63,718 bases of DNA, taken from the IMG/VR virus record IMGVR_UViG_3300029914_000006; one strand, given 5' to 3'. Positions 1 to 9,264 of this stretch are shown here, piece by piece. Positions within the stretch are counted from its first letter, which is position 1. Each line of letters begins with the position of its first letter. Source of the stretch: an uncultured virus (IMG/VR IMGVR_UViG_3300029914_000006). Its lineage: Duplodnaviria > Heunggongvirae > Uroviricota > Caudoviricetes. Position numbers and translations under genes: made by a program. Under the pieces are notes generated by a model. That model ran no database searches. It was not told where the DNA came from and saw nothing but the letters and a program-made list of their open reading frames with translations.

Positions 1-1
1 A

Positions 2-352
2 GGTGGGGCCACGGTTCTCCCGTCAGGCGTGAACGTTGCCGGATCTACCGTGACCGGGCTGGCATCACCTACAGGACCGACTGACGCCATTTCGGCTGGT
101 CATGCACAGTCTCAGTACGGAGCGTCCGCAATCGGACCCGACTTAGACCTGGGCGGGTCTCATGCCCTCAAAGGTCTATCTTCGCTTCAGTTAAACCAGA
201 ACTCTCTAAGCGGGGCCTTGGCAGCAATTCAGGCAACACTGGCGACCGGGGTAAGCGGAACAGTGACTTTGATCAAACTCACCGGAGGCGGCGCGAACGG
301 ATCGCTTACCTTCGTCGGGGGATTGATTACGGCGTACGTCGCTCCGACCTAA
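2..352 (+). CDS. Virion/tail-associated protein, 5'-truncated by the window edge
   Basis: Frame open from position 2 to TAA at 350-352; Gly/Ser/Thr-rich, ends GSLTFVGGLIT as in phage tail proteins; upstream of tail module. Confidence 0.6.
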   Translation, partial: GGATVLPSGVNVAGSTVTGLASPTGPTDAISAGHAQSQYGASAIGPDLDLGGSHALKGLSSLQLNQNSLSGALAAIQATLATGVSGTVTLIKLTGGGANGSLTFVGGLITAYVAPT

Positions 353-406
353 ACGCTTGTGTAGAATGGAAGGCAAGGTCTCATATTCTGACTCTGGCAG
401 GGTGCA

Positions 407-3400
407 ATGTCACAAGACACCGACTACAAACCCGTATCGCTGGTATACAAGTCGCGCGGCCTGGTTGCAAGAAACGTGTACGATCAGTGCCCAGAATATA
501 CCTATATTGACTATCTCAATGTCTATGAACGAGAAGAAAATAGCACCAGCAGCAGGTATGGAACGCAGGTAGTGAATCGCGATGCCATAGGTGTTGGCAC
601 ATCTAACCACTACTTTTCGTCCCCAGTCACGTCTCTGTCCCGCATGAACTACCAGAGCAACGCATGGCGGTATGCTGGCCTCGGCGACGGATCTTTGTGG
701 CGCCGGGCCGGGAATGCGCAGGGCGCGTACACTGAGTTGACCCTTCCGAACACATGGTACGGAACGCCTGTGACTCTTTCCGGGCAACCGTTTGGATCCT
801 TAGTCAATAGCTGTTTTGAGACGAGCCAGCCATTTCTGTTCATGTACGATCAGAACGCCAGCATTAAGGACCAGGGAACAGGATCTCCCCAACTTACAGG
901 CATTGACCCGTCGCCGTACACTCTCAACGTTACGCCATATGCCCCTCTACTTATCATGATCGATAGTTTCGCGTCGTCGAACACCTACACTACAGCGAAT
1001 GTTACTGGGTGGGCGTGGAGCTCGTATGAGACTTTGACTGTAGTTGCTGGAAACATGGTCACTGATTTCAGCCAGTTCTATCCCTCGGCGGCTAGCGGAT
1101 CCACTTACAATCCATCGACTACCACGAATACGGCAACATCGTCACAGGGGGTGAAGGGTACAAAGGTAGTCACATCTCCTGCGAATTCTGGATTCCCGTC
1201 AATTGTACCGCCCCCGGGAGATGTGGTAACGCTCAACGTTGCCATAAATGGATCGATATCGATTACCGGAGGATCGGCAAACGGAGAAATAGATTTTCAG
1301 TACAGCATAGACTCTGGAGTCACATGGAACTATCTATATGAATTTGACTCTTATTCGAGCGCCGTTATACCTCCGCAGAACGCCTTCGTGGTAGTTTCTG
1401 TAGCTAACATCAATACCATACAGACCAGGATAGTTTGCACATCTTACGTAGTTTCCTCGGGCAGTTCGTCTACCACAACAGGAAACATAACAAATATATT
1501 CCTAACTGTAGCTCCTCCGTTTTTTAGCGCAGTTCAGAATGGAATGATTGCAATTCTGAACTCAAACACAAGCATCAGCATCCCGATAGTAAGCTCCGTA
1601 TCGTCCAGCCTTTCAGGTGGTAGGTATACGCAACTTCTGGTGACAACTCAGTCAGCGCATGGATTGTCTTCCGGAAGTATGATTTCGATATATTCCTCAT
1701 CGAATGACCTTATAGATGGATTCTATGCGGTCATAGCAACTCCTACATCCACTACGTTCACTGTGGCGTTTTTGTCAGTGGATCAAATTGGAGCTACGGG
1801 AGGATTTGTATATGGAGGAGCGGCGGCTCCATCGGCTTGCGTTCTTAGCGATCAGTATAATCTTCCGTACCCGCAGCAAGTTTCAGCATATGGGTTCTAT
1901 CAGTATGTCCCTCCGACAACGACTTCTTTACCTGTTTCATATCGCGGGGGAACCGTCGCGGCAAGTACTACGGGGACAGTTTCCAAAACCGTGTCGATGG
2001 ATCTAAACCAAAGCAATCAGGTGACAGACGCCGACCTCATTGTAATAACACTTCTTGTGTCCACCCCAGCAAACATCTCACAGATAGAATTGCAGTTCTT
2101 CGTCGGTTCTGGAACGAACAATTACTACCAAGCCCCTATATCTCCAGCCTATTACCAAGGCGCGGTGAGTGGCAACGTGTCAGCATACCAGGCGACTGAG
2201 AACCAGATTTTAGCCGATACGCTGGGCCTAATTACTGGCCAACCCCCAGGAACGACGTCGGCCCAATTGCAGCCGACAGTGCTTTCGACTGGATCTGGAT
2301 CATGGCGGTCATGCTATATACCGAGGGGGAATTTTCTCCCAGTGGGGCAGGCCGGGGAGCCTGGTCTCGACTGGTCGAACGTTACCGGGTGGCAGTTAGC
2401 TGTGACGACCAACTCGCTCGGGACGGTGACATTCCAAGTAAATGGGCTCTACCTTCAATGGGGGTACGGACCTTCGTCGTTCGCCGGAGTGGGCTACGAC
2501 TACCGTCAGACCTACTACAACGCGAATACTGGGACTGAATCCAATCCCACATCAATTCAGGCGTTCAATGAAGATTACGGGTACCTCTCATCTACAAAAG
2601 CTCCGATCTATCTTAGGCAGGCCGCTCAGATTGTGGGGCAATACTCGAATGATCCACAAGTTACACACCTCCGCATCTATCGGCGTGGTGGAATTCTATC
2701 TTCAAACTGGGTGCAGGTTATCCAGTCTCCGAACCTGACAGGTGGCGGTCAGTTCATACTGAAAGACGTGATTGCTGATTCGTATGTAGAGCAAGCGCAG
2801 CCGCTTATCTTGGACAATGACCCGCCTGTTACGTCCTCACTGGTGAACCCGATTCAAACAGCGCTACTGGCGGGGACTACGGCCGTAGGCCTGAATTCCA
2901 TCTACAGTACGTTTTACCCTCAGACTGTGACTGTGGTCCAGGCTAGTGCTGTGTTCGTGCCGAACCAAGTTGTCATTGTTGGTAACGCTTCGAACCTAGA
3001 AGAGATCTATGTCGTCACTGGAGGGGTCGGGACATTCACGGCCATTCTTCGCCTGCAACACAATCAAGGCGAACCTGTGAATGTGTATGCCGTGCCGCGG
3101 CAGGCGTGTAATCTGTGCGCTCTGGCCTATAACCAGACATGGCTGGCTGGCGACAAGAACAACCCGCACTACCTCTACTTCTCTAAGAAGGGCCAGCCGG
3201 AGAGTTTTGGCCCCCAGAATTACATTCCCGTCTCGACGCCGGACGATCCGATCAATGCGGTCATCAACTGGCGCGGCACGCTGATTGTCGGCACGCTGAA
3301 GTCGTGGTTCATCATTGTGGGCGGCGCCCAGCCCTACGCGCAGCCTACCGGATCGGTCCACGGCATCATTGCGCAGGGCGGCTGGTGCGTGGTCGAGGGA

Positions 3401-4471
3401 GCGGTGTCCTACCGCTCGACTGACGGATGGCGCGAGTTCACTGGAGCCGATGGCGTTTACAAGACCTTGATGGTCGAGTGGGTATTCCAGAATAATCCGC
3501 TCTGCATCGTTCCGCAGGCCGACATCTCCCAGGCTTCGCAGGACGTGATGTGCTACTACAACAACCAGATCATTGACTCGTACATCTCCCTCAGCGGCCA
3601 GCGTTACCGCATGGTCTGGGATTCTCGGTACGGTAGGTTCCGGTACGATGATGTGCCGGCCACCGCGATGCTCTGGGAGAAGGACATCAACACCCTCCTC
3701 GTTGGCAAGCAGATGGGCGTCGGTCAGTACGCTATCGTGCAGGACCAAGTGGGAGACTACGACGATGGTGGATGGGTATCCGGCGCGCTCGTGCAGACGC
3801 CGATCACCGTGACCATCCAGACGCCGTATCACGACCTCGGCAAACCGCACCTCCCAAAGCAGTGGAATGAGTTCGAGGTTGATGTGAATACGAAGGGACA
3901 GAATATGTCCTCGACCCTGTTATTTGAGGACGGAACAATATCCCTGCCGCTGAGTGTGGTCAACAACACGACACGCCAGAAGGTTGAACTGTTCGTCAAT
4001 AACGGCATGGGAGAACAGGCGTATCGCGCGTCCATTCAGCACTCCATATCCGTCACGACCGCCCCGATCTTATATCAGGACGACATCTACGCTGCACTCC
4101 TTGCGGAGTATAGCGCGAGTATCGATTCGTATTTTATTAAATTTGGTACGGATACTGACAAGTTCGTCAAGCAGGGGTGGTTCGATTACACATCAACCTA
4201 CCCAATAACGGGCAGTCTGTACGCAGACAATAGTCCTATTCCGTACTTCACGTTCGCTCTTCCTGCGCAGACACAGAGATACGTGATGCGCGTAAGGTTT
4301 GGAAACGTGAATAATGGGACCACCGCGTTTACTTGCAGAACGTGGAGGATCATCCTGAACACCTTGAATGATTCCGATGGCACTCAGTTTCAGATGTGGG
4401 AGAAGCCGCGTATCGAATGGAAGACGATAAACGCCGGCGACTCATACAAGATCAAAGAGTTGGAGGTTTGA
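407..4471 (+). CDS. Tail tube/nozzle-like (tubular protein B / stabilization-type) structural protein, 1354 aa
   Basis: Long ORF; C-terminal half has beta-propeller-like motifs (WLAGDKNNPHYLYFSKKGQPESF, VHGIIAQGGW) typical of podovirus tail nozzle proteins; lies before GNAT and ejection genes. Confidence 0.65.
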   Translation: MSQDTDYKPVSLVYKSRGLVARNVYDQCPEYTYIDYLNVYEREENSTSSRYGTQVVNRDAIGVGTSNHYFSSPVTSLSRMNYQSNAWRYAGLGDGSLWRRAGNAQGAYTELTLPNTWYGTPVTLSGQPFGSLVNSCFETSQPFLFMYDQNASIKDQGTGSPQLTGIDPSPYTLNVTPYAPLLIMIDSFASSNTYTTANVTGWAWSSYETLTVVAGNMVTDFSQFYPSAASGSTYNPSTTTNTATSSQGVKGTKVVTSPANSGFPSIVPPPGDVVTLNVAINGSISITGGSANGEIDFQYSIDSGVTWNYLYEFDSYSSAVIPPQNAFVVVSVANINTIQTRIVCTSYVVSSGSSSTTTGNITNIFLTVAPPFFSAVQNGMIAILNSNTSISIPIVSSVSSSLSGGRYTQLLVTTQSAHGLSSGSMISIYSSSNDLIDGFYAVIATPTSTTFTVAFLSVDQIGATGGFVYGGAAAPSACVLSDQYNLPYPQQVSAYGFYQYVPPTTTSLPVSYRGGTVAASTTGTVSKTVSMDLNQSNQVTDADLIVITLLVSTPANISQIELQFFVGSGTNNYYQAPISPAYYQGAVSGNVSAYQATENQILADTLGLITGQPPGTTSAQLQPTVLSTGSGSWRSCYIPRGNFLPVGQAGEPGLDWSNVTGWQLAVTTNSLGTVTFQVNGLYLQWGYGPSSFAGVGYDYRQTYYNANTGTESNPTSIQAFNEDYGYLSSTKAPIYLRQAAQIVGQYSNDPQVTHLRIYRRGGILSSNWVQVIQSPNLTGGGQFILKDVIADSYVEQAQPLILDNDPPVTSSLVNPIQTALLAGTTAVGLNSIYSTFYPQTVTVVQASAVFVPNQVVIVGNASNLEEIYVVTGGVGTFTAILRLQHNQGEPVNVYAVPRQACNLCALAYNQTWLAGDKNNPHYLYFSKKGQPESFGPQNYIPVSTPDDPINAVINWRGTLIVGTLKSWFIIVGGAQPYAQPTGSVHGIIAQGGWCVVEGAVSYRSTDGWREFTGADGVYKTLMVEWVFQNNPLCIVPQADISQASQDVMCYYNNQIIDSYISLSGQRYRMVWDSRYGRFRYDDVPATAMLWEKDINTLLVGKQMGVGQYAIVQDQVGDYDDGGWVSGALVQTPITVTIQTPYHDLGKPHLPKQWNEFEVDVNTKGQNMSSTLLFEDGTISLPLSVVNNTTRQKVELFVNNGMGEQAYRASIQHSISVTTAPILYQDDIYAALLAEYSASIDSYFIKFGTDTDKFVKQGWFDYTSTYPITGSLYADNSPIPYFTFALPAQTQRYVMRVRFGNVNNGTTAFTCRTWRIILNTLNDSDGTQFQMWEKPRIEWKTINAGDSYKIKELEV

Positions 4472-4695
4472 CGGTGGCTCTTAGGCTATGCGATGGGAGA
4501 GGGTGCAAAAGCAAGAAACGGGTTGCGGTGTATTTGGTGAACCAGCATCCCATGTGCTCCCGATGCCTGGAACTGTTTTTGGAGTTTCACGGCGAAGAGA
4601 ACTACACCATTCATCGCCTGTCGAGCCGAGACGAGGATTACAGCCCCAAGACCCACCTCCGTCCTGTTCGGGAAGCGCAGACCGCTGGAGCGTAA
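4468..4695 (+). CDS. Small Cys-rich hypothetical protein
   Basis: TTG start overlapping upstream stop, GGAGG RBS; CDGRGC and CSRC motifs. Confidence 0.5.
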   Translation: MTVALRLCDGRGCKSKKRVAVYLVNQHPMCSRCLELFLEFHGEENYTIHRLSSRDEDYSPKTHLRPVREAQTAGA

Positions 4696-4700
4696 AACGG

Positions 4701-4729
4701 TTGCAATATTATCTCTGCAAGCGTACAGT
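4701..4729 (+). promoter_or_regulatory. Sigma70-like promoter overlapped by three TGCAASCGT motifs
   Basis: TTGCAA(4701-4706)-17 nt-TACAGT(4724-4729); motif copies at 4696-4705 (reverse), 4716-4725, 4733-4742. Confidence 0.55.
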
Positions 4730-4767
4730 GGTTGCAAGCGTCACTACGCCAAGACGAGGAAGAAAAC

Positions 4768-5049
4768 ATGCAGGTTCAAGATTTGAAGTTGGAGGAAATC
4801 TCCTTCAATTCCGCTCCAACCAAGACGCAACTCACGAATTCACTTCGTTCAATCAGCCGCTTTCTTAGCCACGTCGGCGCTGCGCTGATCCTGGACGAGA
4901 GCTACACCGTGGCCGACCAGCCGCTCGGGCAGATGTTGAATGCCGCGATCACCCTCAAGGCGTGCGCCGACCAGTTCGATGCGGGGCCGTCTGCATCCGG
5001 CCTTGCCGTTCCGCAGCCCGCCGGGCCTCATGTTGTGCGGGGGCACTAA
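4768..5049 (+). CDS. Hypothetical protein
   Basis: ATG after GAGGA RBS; stop overlaps next start (TAATG). Confidence 0.65.
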   Translation: MQVQDLKLEEISFNSAPTKTQLTNSLRSISRFLSHVGAALILDESYTVADQPLGQMLNAAITLKACADQFDAGPSASGLAVPQPAGPHVVRGH

Positions 5050-5315
5050 TGCCGTACCCAGCCTACGGCGACATGAAGCAGGATGAGATCGTGGCGATGG
5101 TCTCCTCCCCGAAGTTCCCCGAATGGTGCGCCGAGATGGAACGCCGACTAGACGCGCAGATTGCTTCACTGGCGTCGATGGTGGGGAAAGTATCCCAACA
5201 CGACGCAGAGCGGGTTCACAAGAAGGCCCTGGAGACTCACCGGGGGATCGACATGCAGTTGATGCTGGCCACCGGGGATGACTTGGATGCCAGGAAAGAA
5301 AGAATGTCCCGATGA
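5049..5315 (+). CDS. Hypothetical protein
   Basis: Translationally coupled on both sides (TAATG, ATGA). Confidence 0.6.
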   Translation: MPYPAYGDMKQDEIVAMVSSPKFPEWCAEMERRLDAQIASLASMVGKVSQHDAERVHKKALETHRGIDMQLMLATGDDLDARKERMSR

Positions 5316-6118
5316 GCGAAGTAGACGTACTGGCGGCGCTTCGAGAAGACGGTTACCGCATGGGCGACCTCGCCGTAGTGCGCTACGACAAGACGCGCAC
5401 AGAACTGTTTCCCGACGACTATTTGGCGACCTTGTACCGCCGCTGCCGGGAATCGAAGCGCCGCTCCGGAGATGGGATTCTGACCGCAACATTCGGCGGG
5501 AATCCCGCCTCCGACTTCAACTCGATCATCACCTACCTCGCCAGCCGGGCCGTTCTGCTCATTCTCGGCAAGTGGGAGGGTGACAACTTCGTCGAGATGG
5601 GGTTCGCCTTCAATACGGTGACCGTGGGCACTGCGAACACCGAGCGTTCTATGATCGCTGGGTATGGGTTTTTCCGCGAATACTGGGGATCAGAAGAACA
5701 GAAGATCGTGACCATGCTCGGGCTGGCCTACCTGATCAAAGAGTTCGACCTTCAGGCCATCATCGGTAATCGATACGCCGACAACACGCTCACCGCGAAG
5801 TACATGGGGCGCTTTGGCTTCAAGGACTGTGGTGAGATTCCCCGCTTTCAGTTGCGTGGATCGAAGCTCGTGTCGATGGTGGTCTCCATCTTGACTCGCG
5901 AGGACTTCGAGAAGTGCGTCGAGGACTTCCTCCTGGAGCAGTGGCGCAGGGAGAACGCGGAGCCTGTCGAGGTGGAGCCGGAAGTGCCTACCGAGGCGAT
6001 CGACGACGACTTATGGGCCAAGAAGATGGCCGAGATCGACTGGGCCGCTGCAAAGGCGCGCACCGAAGAAGAAGCCAAGGACAAGCCGCAGCCGGAACTC
6101 CCTCTTTCTTGGTTGTAA
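5312..6118 (+). CDS. GNAT-like acetyltransferase (phage tail-module type)
   Basis: RimJ-like motifs: GYGFFREYWG, NTLTAKYMGRFGFKDCGEIP; typical position between tail tube and ejection genes. Confidence 0.6.
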   Translation: MSEVDVLAALREDGYRMGDLAVVRYDKTRTELFPDDYLATLYRRCRESKRRSGDGILTATFGGNPASDFNSIITYLASRAVLLILGKWEGDNFVEMGFAFNTVTVGTANTERSMIAGYGFFREYWGSEEQKIVTMLGLAYLIKEFDLQAIIGNRYADNTLTAKYMGRFGFKDCGEIPRFQLRGSKLVSMVVSILTREDFEKCVEDFLLEQWRRENAEPVEVEPEVPTEAIDDDLWAKKMAEIDWAAAKARTEEEAKDKPQPELPLSWL

Positions 6119-6185
6119 AAATCCCTCCCAAATCCCTGTAGTTTCCTCCGCTTGCTGATACCATGCCCGGTAGGAGTGTGGTGGC

Positions 6186-6746
6186 GTGGGAAAATCCAGC
6201 GGTTTGTCCAGCAGCGTGCAGCAACAAGAGGCCGACAATAGTAGCGCCCTTGTAGCCATTGCGCAGCAACAAAATCAAAACGCAAACACCCTCTTCAATG
6301 AGTCAAACCCTGGCTTCGTCGCTGCCGAGAATCAGTATCAAACGCTTGCTTCGGGCGACCCGTATGCTATCGCTCGTGCCGTTGCCCCGCAGGCGCAGCA
6401 GATTTCAGCAGCCACGGCTGGCGCCAAGCAGAACATCATGAATACTGCGCCGTCTGGAGGCGAGAAGAATCTCGCTCTGGAGCAGGCGGACGTGGCGCAA
6501 GGGGCGAAAATCGGGGATATCACGTCTGGCGCAGTAACGGGCAGCTACAATGCTCTCGCCCAACTCGCCGGTCAAGGAACAGGTGAATCAATCTCATCTG
6601 CCAGTACGGCCATTTCTGGGTATAACTCTGCGAATCAGGGACTCGGGCAACTAGGGAGCCAGCAAATCCAACAGAAAGGTGCTCAGTTGGGTGCGCTGAC
6701 CTCTCTCGGTAGCGATGCTGCTACCGTGGGAGCAGCGTTTGCTTGA
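6186..6746 (+). CDS. Small ejection/DNA-transfer (internal virion) protein
   Basis: MGKSSG start; Ala/Gln/Gly-rich with hydrophobic C-terminus, like P22 gp7/T7 gp14-type proteins; synteny. Confidence 0.6.
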   Translation: MGKSSGLSSSVQQQEADNSSALVAIAQQQNQNANTLFNESNPGFVAAENQYQTLASGDPYAIARAVAPQAQQISAATAGAKQNIMNTAPSGGEKNLALEQADVAQGAKIGDITSGAVTGSYNALAQLAGQGTGESISSASTAISGYNSANQGLGQLGSQQIQQKGAQLGALTSLGSDAATVGAAFA

Positions 6747-6879
6747 CAAGCCTAGCGGGGGCGGCATGGACCCATCCACGTTTTCCGGCCTTATGTCAGC
6801 GGGTACTGTTCAGCCTATGCAGTTGGATGTGAGTGGGGTTGGAGTATCTGACCTGAGTTTGTAGGAGAGGCGAAGCGCA

Positions 6880-9264
6880 ATGGCTACAGGGCAAGAAAAT
6901 CCCGGAAAGTTCCAAGCATACGACCCGTCGAACCCGGCACCGTATCAGGCCCCGGTCATGCCAGAACCTGTCCAGGCGATGCCGTCTCCACTCCCGCAGC
7001 AGGGTCCAGAGATCAATGGTGCGGTGAAGAAGTCGGGAGCGATCGCTACGGTCGCCGATGGCATTCTCCGCGGCTTCATGCAGGGCCGGGCCTATCACCA
7101 GGCGGCGCAGGTGATGAAGCTCAAAAAGAAGTCGGACGACCTCCAGAACTCCTACAACCAGGATGCGGTGCGGCTTTACCAGTTGACGCAGGCCGGGGTG
7201 GACCCCGGCTCGGATTCGTACAAAGCAGCCAAGTCCTCTGTGGATGGATCGTGGGGGGCTCTGCAAGACTTCTACGGCCAGCATATCGAGCAGATGAACG
7301 GCGAGAAGAAGGGCAAGGGGAAGAAGAATCAGCCCCAACTTCCTCCGCAGGCGGTTCTGACGAACCCGAACTCGACGCCCTACGAGAAGGCTCAGGCGTG
7401 GTATCAGGTAGCCAAGCAGGCTGGCCCTCCGGTATACGGACAGATCGCCATGCTGAATACTCCAGAGGCGCAACAGAGGCGCAAGGCGCAGCAGCAGGGA
7501 ACGCAGAACCAAGTAGCCGGCGCAGATCTTGAATCCGCAGAAATTTCCGTCAAGAAGGCCGTAACCGATGCTCAGGGCACGGTATACAAGTTGGGCGGGC
7601 AGGCTTCGGAATACGAGAAGATCCCGGAAGCGAACAGGACTCCGGCGCAGAAAGAAGTTGTCGACCAATACAATTCTGCGCGTCGGATTATGGACGAATC
7701 GCAGCGGCGCGGTACAGGGGCGGCTCATCTCTACCAGTCGCCAGACAGCAAAAGCCAGGAATACTACACTCCCGGCAATGAGCCGGAAGGTTGGCAGCCT
7801 GCGCAGAAAGCACCTACGCCAACGGAAGAAAAGCGTACTGACTACGATACGGCCGTCAAGGGTGGATACAAGGGATCATTCGAGCAGTGGACGGCTGAAG
7901 AGACCGCGCGCGGCCATCGTTTGGGTGCGCCTCCGAAGGCAGGCACGGGCGCTGGTGGCGGCAAAGGCATGGAGGGTTCGTATCAGAAGGCTCTTGCCTA
8001 TTACAAAGAAGAATACCCAGACATGCCGGAGGACGAGCGCGAGTCGTTGGCTCATCGCAAGGTGGAGGGCGCCGGGCAGCAGCAGGCCGGGGTCATTGCC
8101 CACAATGCCGTCTCTGATCCAAAGCAGTTCGACAACGACGTTCTGACGGCGGCGATCGACCGTCTGCGGGGATTGCCGCAGTACAAGACGATGCCCACCC
8201 TAGACGATGCGCTGGCGAATATCGTTGGCCAGGGCGATAACGGGTATCAGTATCACAATCGCGGGCAAGTCGGGAAGCCAGACAGCCATGGAAAATATTC
8301 TGGGGGTGTGACGGAAGACCAACTCAAGAACCTAGAGCGCGATCTTCAGACTCAAATCAGGGCCGTGGTAAGTGGTCCGAAAGAAACGGCGCTGACACCG
8401 GAATCGAGGCGCGCGGCAGCAAGCCGTATGGCCCCTCTGTTTGGACCGGCAGCCCCAACGGGAAGCGGCACTGCGCCTGTATCGCCACAGGCAGCCGCAA
8501 CGCCTGCTCCCCCGGCCTCGTCTCCGGGGGGTGCGGGTGCTTTGCCTCCTGAGGCGGTTAAACATCTCCGCGATGGCAATATAACGACCTTTGCTAATGG
8601 GCAGCAATGGACATTACGGAATGGAAAACCCGTGCAGGTCGGCCCGGAGAGGCAGGAAACAGACCGAAGGAGGTTCCCTAGCCATGAGAGTAAACAAGCT
8701 ATAAACCCTGTTTTACATGAAGTGCTTCAGGAATACCCTGGACTTGCCAAAAATTTCAACGCAGGTAACACGTCTGTTGTATTCGCCACTGGAAAGCGCG
8801 CCGAACGCGGCCTTAAAGAAAGAGGTGGGCTAGAGTTTTGGTCGCCAACCGAAGCGGGCATGAAGGATTTCCCTTCGCCTATACCGGGTAAGAATGTCCT
8901 TGAAATCTATGACGACAAACTAAAATCCAACCCATCGCTCTTAAAGCAGGCCATTTATGGCGATTTGATGCACGGCATGGGAAGCGATCCATATTGGAGT
9001 CGTTTACGCAACGAATTCATGCAGAATTTTACCCCTCAGGAACTTAAACGACAGGAGCGACACGATACATGGTGGGACGATGTGAACGGCTCCAAAGACC
9101 GGAACGGTCCAACCTATGACGCATATATCAGAGGGTGGATAACGAATGAAGGGGATGGCAAGAAAGGCCAAGCGGATTCTGGAAATACAATGTATTCTCC
9201 AAAACAGATCGGACTCTTGAAAAAGATGCAGGACTATTTGAAAACCGGAAAGGCTGAAAGGTAA
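6880..9264 (+). CDS. Internal virion/ejection protein, 794 aa
   Basis: GGAGAGG RBS; helical Ala/Gln/Lys-rich; GILRGFMQG motif; lies between small ejection protein and giant protein. Confidence 0.6.
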   Translation: MATGQENPGKFQAYDPSNPAPYQAPVMPEPVQAMPSPLPQQGPEINGAVKKSGAIATVADGILRGFMQGRAYHQAAQVMKLKKKSDDLQNSYNQDAVRLYQLTQAGVDPGSDSYKAAKSSVDGSWGALQDFYGQHIEQMNGEKKGKGKKNQPQLPPQAVLTNPNSTPYEKAQAWYQVAKQAGPPVYGQIAMLNTPEAQQRRKAQQQGTQNQVAGADLESAEISVKKAVTDAQGTVYKLGGQASEYEKIPEANRTPAQKEVVDQYNSARRIMDESQRRGTGAAHLYQSPDSKSQEYYTPGNEPEGWQPAQKAPTPTEEKRTDYDTAVKGGYKGSFEQWTAEETARGHRLGAPPKAGTGAGGGKGMEGSYQKALAYYKEEYPDMPEDERESLAHRKVEGAGQQQAGVIAHNAVSDPKQFDNDVLTAAIDRLRGLPQYKTMPTLDDALANIVGQGDNGYQYHNRGQVGKPDSHGKYSGGVTEDQLKNLERDLQTQIRAVVSGPKETALTPESRRAAASRMAPLFGPAAPTGSGTAPVSPQAAATPAPPASSPGGAGALPPEAVKHLRDGNITTFANGQQWTLRNGKPVQVGPERQETDRRRFPSHESKQAINPVLHEVLQEYPGLAKNFNAGNTSVVFATGKRAERGLKERGGLEFWSPTEAGMKDFPSPIPGKNVLEIYDDKLKSNPSLLKQAIYGDLMHGMGSDPYWSRLRNEFMQNFTPQELKRQERHDTWWDDVNGSKDRNGPTYDAYIRGWITNEGDGKKGQADSGNTMYSPKQIGLLKKMQDYLKTGKAER

